9,189 nt of DNA from Candidatus Iainarchaeum sp. (GCA_028713935.1 JAQTNI010000047.1:1-9189), one strand, 5' to 3'; positions 1-6,327 are shown, counted from the stretch's first letter. The notes: generated from the sequence alone by a model not told the origin. Translations and numbers: made by a program.

Positions 1-447
1 AGGAGTGTTTTCCTGTATTGTCGGCATTGCTTCTTCCATTGCCATTGAAACTTTTGCCTTTCCCAGATGCACAGAATCCTGTATTTTGCCCAACCTTGCA
101 AGGATTCCTTTTTCAGTGAGAGTGCCAAGGCAGCTGCCATGCTCTATTACTGGAAGCTGGGAAATCCCTTTTTTTTCCATTAACAAAATAGCCTGCCTTA
201 TTGATTCCCTTGGAGAAGCGCTGTAAACATGCCTTCTCATTATGCTTCCTGCATTTGTCCCGCTTTCCTCATGAAGCCTGTCAAGGCAGTCAAACAATTG
301 CTTTACCTTTTCAAAGCCGGGAGAAATTTTTCCTGACTCGATTTTTGCAATCAGGCTCTGGCTCACGCCTGACAATTTTGAAAGCCCCTGCTGAGTAATG
401 CCAGCTGCTGTGCGCCTTATTTTTATTTCTGAAATGCTTGGAAGCAT
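1..447 (-). CDS. XRE-type helix-turn-helix transcriptional regulator with C-terminal CBS pair (COG3620-like); its 3' end runs off the left edge of the window
   Basis: This gene is not in the supplied ORF track because no stop codon lies inside the window. I translated the reverse strand by hand from the ATG at 447-445. It is open for all 149 codons down to position 1, and an in-frame stop lies just upstream at 456-454. Translation: [149 protein letters not shown]. Residues about 10-55 look like an HTH_3/XRE motif ([25 protein letters not shown]). A CBS motif follows ([22 protein letters not shown]), then the start of a second one. The track ORFs 5..226 and 201..398 are its antisense shadows. 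Confidence 0.8.
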   Translation of the reverse strand, partial: MLPSISEIKIRRTAAGITQQGLSKLSGVSQSLIAKIESGKISPGFEKVKQLFDCLDRLHEESGTNAGSIMRRHVYSASPRESIRQAILLMEKKGISQLPVIEHGSCLGTLTEKGILARLGKIQDSVHLGKAKVSMAMEEAMPTIQENTP

Positions 448-470
448 ACAAGATTACCTTGCCGGAAGAA

Positions 471-478
471 TTTAAATT
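471..478 (-). promoter_or_regulatory. Candidate archaeal TATA box (TTTAAATT) for the HTH-CBS regulator gene
   Basis: The A/T octamer is centred about 27 nt upstream of the ATG at 447, with no SD-like sequence in between. That spacing fits a leaderless archaeal mRNA. The same octamer recurs at 2756-2763 at the same spacing from another start codon. Confidence 0.4.
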
Positions 479-479
479 G

Positions 480-497
480 TTATTCCTATAGGAATAA
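480..497. promoter_or_regulatory. Perfect 18-bp palindrome TTATTCCTA/TAGGAATAA; candidate operator for a dimeric HTH protein
   Basis: I checked it base by base: 480-488 is the exact reverse complement of 489-497. It lies in the divergent intergenic region between the regulator (start 447) and metK (start 637). It directly abuts the upstream (BRE) side of the regulator's putative TATA box. The palindrome itself is certain; its operator function is inference. Confidence 0.5.
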
Positions 498-584
498 TTT
501 TTGCAAAAACAATTCCTTAAAAAGGCTTTTTTTAAACCTAATAATAAAACTAATTAAGGAAGAATTCTTTTGCATGGCAAAAGA

Positions 585-634
585 TTTCTTTCCCAAGGCT
601 TTCTTTTTAAAAGAAAGGCTTATGGGGGGAGATA
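585..634 (+). promoter_or_regulatory. metK 5' leader stem-loop able to sequester the Shine-Dalgarno sequence
   Basis: Hand-folded structure. The inner helix pairs 599-606 (CUUUCUUU) with 610-617 (AAAGAAAG) and extends through 595-597/619-621. The basal helix pairs 587-594 (UCUUUCCC) with 625-632 (GGGGGAGA), including two G-U pairs. The SD GGGGGGAG (624-631) is almost entirely on the 3' strand of the basal helix, and the ATG is at 637. No energy calculation was possible. Confidence 0.35.
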
Positions 635-636
635 CT

Positions 637-1800
637 ATGAGGAGCGGAAAATATTTTTTCACTTCGGAAGCAATGACAGAAGGCCATCCAGACAAGGTCT
701 GCGACCAGATTTCTGACGCAGTGCTGGATGCAATTTACAAGGACGACCCGAATGCAAGGGTAGGATGCGAAGTAATGGCAGGAATGGGCTTCATAATTGT
801 CACAGGAGAAATCACTACAAAAACTTATATTGACGTGCCGAAGATTGCGAGAAACGTAATCAAGGAAGTAGGCTATTCAAAGCCCGAATATGGCTTTGAT
901 TACCACACAGTTGGTGTGCTGAGCGCAATTAACGAGCAAAGCGCTGACATTTCAATGGGAGTAACAAAAAAAACCCCAAAAGAAGTCGGGGCAGGAGACC
1001 AGGGAATGATGTCAGGCTATGCGACAAATGAAACACCGGAATTAATGCCGATGCCGATTCTTTATGCGCACAGGCTTGCAAAAAAATTAAGTGAAGTCAG
1101 GAGAAACGGAACACTGGCTTATTTAAGGCCTGATGGAAAAACCCAGATTACAGTGGAATATGACAAAGACAAGCCGATAAGGTTTGATGCCGTAGTAATT
1201 GCGGCACAGCACGACCCGGATGTGGAAATTGAAAAGCTGAGGGAAGACATAAAGGAAAAAGTCATAAAGCCTGTCTGCGGAAAATGGGTTGACGCGAACA
1301 CAAAATATTACATCAACAACACTGGAAGATTTGTTATTGGCGGCCCAGTAGCTGATTCAGGCTGTACCGGAAGAAAAATAATCCAGGACACTTATGGAGG
1401 AGTAGGAAACCATGGCGGGGGGGCATTTTCAGGAAAAGACCCTTCAAAGGTTGACAGAAGCGCTGCCTATTACGCAAGGTATGTTGCAAAAAACATTGTT
1501 GCGGCAGGCCTGGCAGACAGGGCAGAAGTGCAGCTTGCTTATGCAATCGGCGCTGTTGGCCCCACAAATGTTTTCATTGACACTCATGGGACAAACAAGG
1601 TTGACGCCCAGAAAATTCATGCAGCGGTAATGAAGACATTCCATTTTTCTCCGGGAGAAATAATTGAGGAACTGCAATTGAGAAGGCCTATTTTCAGGAA
1701 AACAACTGTTTTTGGCCACTTTGGCAGGAACGAGCCAGAATTTCTCTGGGAAAAAACAGACAAAGCTGAAATCCTGAAAAACGAATGCGGGCTGAAATAA
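637..1800 (+). CDS. metK: S-adenosylmethionine synthetase (methionine adenosyltransferase), bacterial/eukaryotic MetK type
   Basis: This is track ORF 574..1800. It carries the canonical MetK motifs [35 protein letters not shown] and [19 protein letters not shown]. Bacterial MetK N-termini (M...LFTSESV.EGHPDK) favour the ATG at 637 ([20 protein letters not shown]). That ATG is preceded by GGGGGGAG (624-631), with 5 nt between the motif and the ATG. The in-frame ATGs at 574 and 622 would add atypical 21-aa and 5-aa extensions. Confidence 0.95.
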   Translation: MRSGKYFFTSEAMTEGHPDKVCDQISDAVLDAIYKDDPNARVGCEVMAGMGFIIVTGEITTKTYIDVPKIARNVIKEVGYSKPEYGFDYHTVGVLSAINEQSADISMGVTKKTPKEVGAGDQGMMSGYATNETPELMPMPILYAHRLAKKLSEVRRNGTLAYLRPDGKTQITVEYDKDKPIRFDAVVIAAQHDPDVEIEKLREDIKEKVIKPVCGKWVDANTKYYINNTGRFVIGGPVADSGCTGRKIIQDTYGGVGNHGGGAFSGKDPSKVDRSAAYYARYVAKNIVAAGLADRAEVQLAYAIGAVGPTNVFIDTHGTNKVDAQKIHAAVMKTFHFSPGEIIEELQLRRPIFRKTTVFGHFGRNEPEFLWEKTDKAEILKNECGLK

Positions 1801-1819
1801 GCCCCCTTTTTCTATTTTT

Positions 1820-2773
1820 TCAGGCTATAAAGCCCAGTGCAATGGTTGCACAGAGCGCAATTGCTGCACCAGCATACTGGTGCAGAAAAATCTTTTCCTT
1901 GTTAAGCCAGACTCCGAGGAAAAGCGCAAGCACCACATAGCTTTCTGTTATTGCAACTGCAATTGCAAGCTCGTTTTCCAGCACTGCAAAGGCAAAAAAC
2001 AGCCATGCAAGGGTATCGCAAATGCCCATTGCAAGGATAACGGCTGAAAATTTTTTTGCGTTTTCAAAAAATTTTGGCAGGCCTTCCCTGCGCCAAATCA
2101 GGGCAATTGAGATTATTGTAAAAATAACCCAGGGAAACCAAACCGCAAGCAGGGGAGAAACCTGCTTTGAACCTACGGCAGTCAAAAAATTTACAACTGA
2201 CATTCCGATTGCAGCGAGAAAGGCGAGAAAAACCCCTTTTTCAAGGCCTTTGAAAGGATTTTGTTTTGAAAGAGACCGCAATGAAATCAGGACAATTCCG
2301 GCAAAAATCAGGAGAATTATTATCAATTGCAGAACTGAAAGTGTTTCCCTGAAAAACATGAAGCCAAAAACAATTGTGATTGGCAGTTCAAGGCCGAGGA
2401 CAACGTCAACAACTGACAATTTTCCTTTTTTCAATGCTTCAAGGTCTGTTATTGCAAAGGCAAATGTTATCAGGCCAATCATTCCAAGCATTGCAAGGTT
2501 TGGAATTGAAAAAAGCAATGGCAAATCCTGGATTACAAATGGCAGCAGGCCAAAAGAGCCGATCAGGCCAATGAATGCGAGCGATTCAATATCGCCGAAT
2601 TTTCTTGTGCTGCGCTGGATAAAAAAATCCCCAAAGCCCCAGCAAAGCATTGCTCCGAAAGCAAAAAGAATTCCAAGTTCAAAAGCCATGCGAAGAATAA
2701 GGAATAAAGAAATATAAATAAATGCCGAAATCATTGCCGGTTGGCTTGCAAAGGGTTTAAATTTTTTTCCCAT
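1820..2773 (-). CDS. EamA/DMT-superfamily transporter (about 10 TM); start codon uncertain (2773, 2734 or 2689)
   Basis: This is a 317-aa track ORF, almost entirely hydrophobic helices in two similar halves. It has an EamA-like first helix (GILFAFGAMLCWGFGDFFIQR). Typical EamA proteins begin a few residues before that helix, which favours Met29 (ATG at 2689, MAFELG...). A TATA-like TTTATATT (2718-2711 on the minus strand) is centred about 26 nt upstream of that ATG. The longest ORF would leave only 12 bp to the divergent marC-family start. Confidence 0.85.
   Translation of the reverse strand: MGKKFKPFASQPAMISAFIYISLFLILRMAFELGILFAFGAMLCWGFGDFFIQRSTRKFGDIESLAFIGLIGSFGLLPFVIQDLPLLFSIPNLAMLGMIGLITFAFAITDLEALKKGKLSVVDVVLGLELPITIVFGFMFFRETLSVLQLIIILLIFAGIVLISLRSLSKQNPFKGLEKGVFLAFLAAIGMSVVNFLTAVGSKQVSPLLAVWFPWVIFTIISIALIWRREGLPKFFENAKKFSAVILAMGICDTLAWLFFAFAVLENELAIAVAITESYVVLALFLGVWLNKEKIFLHQYAGAAIALCATIALGFIA
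2756..2763. promoter_or_regulatory. Candidate TATA box TTTAAATT in the divergent EamA/MarC intergenic region
   Basis: It is centred about 26-27 nt upstream of the MarC-family ATG at 2786, with no SD in between, which suggests a leaderless mRNA. On the other strand it is also about 25 nt from the EamA-frame ATG at 2734. The core TTTAAA is itself palindromic. Confidence 0.4.
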
Positions 2774-2785
2774 TTTCTCTAGTTC

Positions 2786-3421
2786 ATGATAGATCTTGGC
2801 TTTTTTGCGCTGGTTTTCAGCTCTGTTTTCTTGGTGATTGACCCTTTTGCCAATATTCCTGTTTTCCAGCTGTTTCTGGAAAAATTTTCCGCAAAAGACA
2901 AGGCAAGGACAATAAGGAAAAGCTGCATTATTGCATTCGGGGCTTTTTTCCTGTTCAGCTTTGTAGGGCCGTTCCTTTTTTCATGGATGGGCATAGAATT
3001 TTTTTCATTCAGGGTTGCGGGGGGAATATTATTGCTGATTATTGCCGCAGAAATGCTTTTAGGTTTCAAGACAAGGACAGAACTGACATCATCGGAACAG
3101 GAACAGGCAGAAGAAAAGGAAAACCTGACAGTAACTCCGCTTGCGATTCCGCTGATTACTGGGCCTGGCGCGATTACAACCGGAATTGTGCTTTTTTCAA
3201 AGGCACAGGCGGCCTGGGACATAATTGCCTTTATTGGAGCAGGCACTCTGGCTTTTGTTGCCTGCTATGCATTGCTTTCCCAGTCAGGCAGAATTTCAAA
3301 GTTTTTAAGCCCAATTGGAATGAAAATTATTACGCGAATAATGGGCCTGCTGCTGATGTCGCTTGCAGTGCAGTTCATTCTCACTGGGCTGAAAGAGTCA
3401 GGATTGTTCCTGCTGGCTTAA
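2786..3421 (+). CDS. MarC family (UPF0056) integral membrane protein
   Basis: This is a 211-aa track ORF with a 6-TM profile and family-typical motifs: VIDPFANIPVF near the N-terminus, RVAGGILLLIIAAEML, and TPLAIPLITGPGAITT. Confidence 0.9.
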   Translation: MIDLGFFALVFSSVFLVIDPFANIPVFQLFLEKFSAKDKARTIRKSCIIAFGAFFLFSFVGPFLFSWMGIEFFSFRVAGGILLLIIAAEMLLGFKTRTELTSSEQEQAEEKENLTVTPLAIPLITGPGAITTGIVLFSKAQAAWDIIAFIGAGTLAFVACYALLSQSGRISKFLSPIGMKIITRIMGLLLMSLAVQFILTGLKESGLFLLA

Positions 3422-3442
3422 GGCAAAAGCTTTTTCCATAGA

Positions 3443-3450
3443 TTTATAAA
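3443..3450 (+). promoter_or_regulatory. Candidate TATA box TTTATAAA upstream of the PHP gene
   Basis: It is centred about 27 nt upstream of the ATG at 3473. The intervening sequence (aacttaaattctttttttatta) has no SD, which is consistent with a leaderless first gene of the PHP / tRNA-binding-protein operon. Confidence 0.4.
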
Positions 3451-3472
3451 AACTTAAATTCTTTTTTTATTA

Positions 3473-4153
3473 ATGAAAATGAAAATTGACATGCATGTGC
3501 ATTCGCAATACAGCATTGACGGCCTGTCAAGGCCTGAAGAACTGCTTGAAAAGGCAAAAGCAAAGGGAATTGGCTTTGCAATTACAGAGCATAACAATTG
3601 CGATTCCTGGAAAAAATTTTCCGAACTGAACAGGAAATTCAATGTCCCTCTTATTTTTGGCGAGGAAAAAAAGCTTTACATTGACGGAAAATTAATTGGG
3701 GAAATTTTGTTTTATTTTCTGCAAAGCCCTGTAAAATCAAGAGAATTGTTTGAGGCAATTGACGAGGGAAAAAAACAGGACGCAATTTTGTCAGTGGCGC
3801 ATCCATTTGATTTTCTCAGAAAGCCTGTCTTGTTCGGCTTTCGGAAGCTTGAAGAAGTAAAAACAAAAGTTGATGCAATAGAGGCCTTCAATGCAAGGAT
3901 TTATTTTAAGGGACTGAACAAAAAAGCGGAAAAATTTGCATTAAAAAACAACCTTGCTTTTACAGCGGGAAGCGATGCCCATATTCCAAAAGAGCTTGGA
4001 AATGCATACGCCTTCTGCGAAGCAGGCAACCTTGAAGAATTCAAGAAATGCCTAAAGCAAAAACAAACCAAGGTTGAAGGAAAACTCGCGGGATTGCTTG
4101 TTCATCTGCCGTCAACATTAAAACAATTTGGGATCATAAAAATAAAAAGGTGA
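3473..4153 (+). CDS. PHP-domain metal-dependent phosphoesterase
   Basis: This is a 226-aa track ORF. The PHP metal-ligand motifs appear in the expected order: DMHVHSQYSIDG at the N-terminus, ITEHN, VAHPF, and TAGSDAHIPKELG near the C-terminus. Confidence 0.85.
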   Translation: MKMKIDMHVHSQYSIDGLSRPEELLEKAKAKGIGFAITEHNNCDSWKKFSELNRKFNVPLIFGEEKKLYIDGKLIGEILFYFLQSPVKSRELFEAIDEGKKQDAILSVAHPFDFLRKPVLFGFRKLEEVKTKVDAIEAFNARIYFKGLNKKAEKFALKNNLAFTAGSDAHIPKELGNAYAFCEAGNLEEFKKCLKQKQTKVEGKLAGLLVHLPSTLKQFGIIKIKR

Positions 4154-4158
4154 ATAAA

Positions 4159-4485
4159 ATGGTTTCTTACAATGATTTTTCAAAAATTGATTTGAGAATA
4201 GCAAAAATAATTTCCGCAGAAGACATTGCAGGAAAAGACAAATTGTACAAATTGACAATTGAAATCGGCGAAGAAAAGCCCCGCACACTTGTGGCAGGAT
4301 TAAAGCCTTTTTACACAAAAGAGCAATTGCAGGGAAAACAAATTGTTGTAGTTGCAAACTTAGACCCAAAGCCATTGGGCGGCCTGGTTAGCCAGGGAAT
4401 GCTGCTTGCGGTTAAAAACAAAAAAGCCACTTATTCTGTATTAATGCCGGATTCTGAAGCAGAACCAGGGGCAAGGGTTGAGTAA
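4159..4485 (+). CDS. Stand-alone tRNA-binding domain protein (Trbp111/CsaA/EMAP-II-like OB fold)
   Basis: The track ORF starts at the GTG at 4150. I prefer the ATG at 4159, which is preceded by AGGTGA (4148-4153) with 5 nt between the motif and the ATG. The sequence FSKIDLRIAKIISAEDIAGKDKLYKLTIEIGEE..RTLVAGLKPFYTKEQLQGKQIVVVANLDPKPLGGLVSQGMLLA matches the pattern of the C-terminal tRNA-binding domain of MetRS/Trbp111. The PHP stop TGA (4151-4153) lies inside this gene's SD. Confidence 0.85.
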   Translation: MVSYNDFSKIDLRIAKIISAEDIAGKDKLYKLTIEIGEEKPRTLVAGLKPFYTKEQLQGKQIVVVANLDPKPLGGLVSQGMLLAVKNKKATYSVLMPDSEAEPGARVE

Positions 4486-5117
4486 GAAATTTCATTCAAC
4501 TGTTCCTTGTGCTCAATAAAATGCATTAGTACATCCGCAGCTGTTTTGAGCAAAAGGAAAAAAACCATTACAATTATGCTGGCATTTCCAAAAAAAATTC
4601 CGCCCAAAAAAAGTGTCAGGTGCATTGGGATTATTCTTGCATATGGATAGAACATTATCTTGCCGATGTTTTCCTTTGGCTTTTGCCTGTTCAGATAAAA
4701 TAAAAAAGAAACCAAATGGGTAATGAAAAAAAGAATGGCTCCGCCAATAATAAAATCTATTTCTGCCGCTAATGACTGGGCAGCAGTGAGCGTGAAAGCC
4801 AACAAAAAAATCGCGTAAATAAAATGGAAAAAACCATAATGAACAGCAAAAAAAATGGCAGTGCTTATTTTTGTGGCCTGGGTTGGCTTTGGCTGCCTGC
4901 CATTTACACTGAATCCTTCCGTAGAAAAATCTTTTAATGCCAGAATCCTAAAAAAATTAAAAAATCCTATAGTTACGCTCTGGCACCAATAAATCCATAA
5001 AACCGTAATGAAACTCCATTGGTAATAAACAGCAAAGATTATTGTAGCAAGATTTGCAAAAATAAGGAATAATGTTGACGGTGCTTTTATGAAACTGCCC
5101 ATAATAGCAGAAGGCAT
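4431..5117 (-). CDS. Multi-pass membrane protein of unknown function (resembles the DUF6498 family, from memory)
   Basis: The track ORF is 4431..5120 with a TTG start; the ATG one codon later, at 5117, is preferred. It has about 6 hydrophobic helices. The N-terminal pattern ANL..I....W....VLWIYWCQSVTIGFFNFFRIL and the C-terminal LLKTAADVLMHFIEHKE are what I recall for DUF6498-type proteins. This family assignment is unverified. Confidence 0.7.
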   Translation of the reverse strand: MPSAIMGSFIKAPSTLFLIFANLATIIFAVYYQWSFITVLWIYWCQSVTIGFFNFFRILALKDFSTEGFSVNGRQPKPTQATKISTAIFFAVHYGFFHFIYAIFLLAFTLTAAQSLAAEIDFIIGGAILFFITHLVSFLFYLNRQKPKENIGKIMFYPYARIIPMHLTLFLGGIFFGNASIIVMVFFLLLKTAADVLMHFIEHKEQLNEISYSTLAPGSASESGINTE

Positions 5118-5168
5118 CAAAAGAATTTAAAACTTCCTGAAAAATAAAATCGATGCCTTTATCCGTGC

Positions 5169-6323
5169 TCAAATTCCCAGAAGCGCAAGCAGATAGGGAA
5201 AAGCGATTATTACTCCTATTGTGCTTCCGATGTTTGTGTAGGCTGCCACCATTAACAGATGTGTTACCCTGTTTTTTTCCCAGTCACTGTAAGAATTCAG
5301 CTTGCTCAAAGATTCAAAGTCCTTTACTTTTGGATTCCTGAATTTCATTTCAACGCCTGCTGCAAACCAGCCGGAAGCAAGCGCTGGATGCAGAGTAGTG
5401 AAAGGCGCTGCAACAAAAGCAGTTAAAATTGACAAAGCGTGGGAACGCGCAATCAGCGCCCCGATTGCAGAGCAAATTCCAGTAATCAAAAACCACCACA
5501 AAAAAACATTGGCAGTTGCCTCGATTCCTTTTGCAAAAAAGGCATATGCAATGAAAACAACAAACAAAGCAGGAATTACATATTTTAAAATTGAAAAAAT
5601 GCTTCTCTTTTTTTTCACAATTGTCAATTCACGTATGTCTCTTTTTTTGTCAAGGAATTTTTTCACTCCTTCCAAATGCCCCAAGCCCAGGACAGCAACA
5701 ATTTTTTTTCCTGGGGCATTTAAAATCTGGTTTGCAATGAACAAATCCCTTTCATCAACAAGAGTTTTTTTTAAGGAGGGAAATTCTTTGCTTAATTCTG
5801 ACATTAATTTGTTCAGGATGTCTGTTTTTTTCAGTTCCTCGACTTTTTCCTTTGTCAGCGCCTCTCCTTCCTGAAAAAAACCGGTTACTACCTGCATCAA
5901 AAGCTTTGCCTTTTCAACAATGCCAGTGTTCTGGAAAGCCCTTTTCATTGTAATCTGGATATCCCTGTCAAGCAAGGCAATCGGGATTTTTTTTTCTTCA
6001 GCAAGCCTCATAGCCTCAAGCATTTCAGTGCCTGGAGCAATTCCAAGCTCATCTCCCAGCCTTCTTTGCAGGTTTGAAAGCAAAAGATTAATCAAAAACA
6101 AATAAACCTTTCCTTCCTTGATAACCTGCCCAATGTTCATTTCCTGCCAGCGCCTCCCCATTTTCAATTGCGCATATCTCTGGGCATCAAGCTCCACCCC
6201 TACAATTTCAGGCTTTTCCTTTTCAATTGTTTTATTGACAAGCTCAATTGATTCCTTGCTTATATGGGCAGTGCCAACAAGCACAATTGTTTTCTCCTTA
6301 TTCTTGATTTTTTCAACTGTCAT
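5169..6323 (-). CDS. TraB family protein (TraB/PrgY/GumN/Tiki superfamily, COG1916) with C-terminal membrane domain
   Basis: The track ORF is 5169..6353 with a TTG start. I prefer the ATG at 6323 (MTVEKIKNKEKTIVLVGTAHIS), which is preceded by GGTGA (6332-6328) with a 4-nt spacer. It carries the GTxH motif (VGTAHIS) plus ELD, DERD and GLGH motifs, followed by about 4 TM helices, as in archaeal TraB proteins. Confidence 0.9.
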   Translation of the reverse strand: MTVEKIKNKEKTIVLVGTAHISKESIELVNKTIEKEKPEIVGVELDAQRYAQLKMGRRWQEMNIGQVIKEGKVYLFLINLLLSNLQRRLGDELGIAPGTEMLEAMRLAEEKKIPIALLDRDIQITMKRAFQNTGIVEKAKLLMQVVTGFFQEGEALTKEKVEELKKTDILNKLMSELSKEFPSLKKTLVDERDLFIANQILNAPGKKIVAVLGLGHLEGVKKFLDKKRDIRELTIVKKKRSIFSILKYVIPALFVVFIAYAFFAKGIEATANVFLWWFLITGICSAIGALIARSHALSILTAFVAAPFTTLHPALASGWFAAGVEMKFRNPKVKDFESLSKLNSYSDWEKNRVTHLLMVAAYTNIGSTIGVIIAFPYLLALLGI

Positions 6324-6327
6324 TTTT

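Noticed and set aside
5-398. Track ORFs 5..226 (+) and 201..398 (+) at the left edge
   Set aside because: Their sequences are low-information and Cys/Phe/Leu/Ser-rich. The opposite strand encodes a continuous 149-codon HTH + CBS protein with clear motifs, so these are antisense shadow ORFs.
574-636. N-terminal extension of metK from the ATG at 574 (or 622), as drawn in the ORF track
   Set aside because: MetK proteins start a few residues before the FTSE..EGHPDK motif, so the 21-aa extension ([21 protein letters not shown]) has no counterpart. The ATG at 637 has a strong G-rich SD at the right spacing. Not fully excluded: an A/T box at 539-549 would also fit a leaderless start at 574.
500-636. 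A known SAM riboswitch (S-box/SAM-I, SAM-II/V, SMK/SAM-III, SAM-VI) upstream of metK
   Set aside because: I could not find the conserved cores of these classes by eye, and the region is short and AT-rich. Only a generic SD-sequestering hairpin is visible, and that is reported separately. A covariance-model search is needed for a firm negative.
966-1423. Homopolymer runs inside metK (A8 at 966-973, G7 at 1417-1423) as possible slippage or phase-variation sites
   Set aside because: Both encode expected in-frame residues, and the frame is intact. The A-run encodes the KK of VTKKTP. The G7 run encodes the universally conserved GGGAFSGKD loop.
2022-2717. 231-aa plus-strand ORF (and 2380..2574) overlapping the EamA gene
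   Set aside because: It is antisense to a convincing 10-TM transporter. The Arg/Lys/Ser/Pro/Thr-rich low-complexity product is what is expected from reading a hydrophobic gene backwards. It has no SD or promoter context.
2779-3441. ORFs 2779..3246 (-) and 2983..3441 (+) overlapping the MarC-family gene
   Set aside because: These are alternative-frame or antisense ORFs inside a gene with clear MarC motifs. Their products lack motifs and have implausible composition.
5111-5159. 8-bp inverted repeat AAGGCATC ... GATGCCTT bracketing the traB / DUF6498-like intergenic spacer and the start codon at 5117
   Set aside because: The arms are short and the loop is 33 nt. This is plausible by chance in 9 kb, and there is no second copy or supporting context. 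It could still influence read-through translation, but the evidence is too thin to report as a finding.
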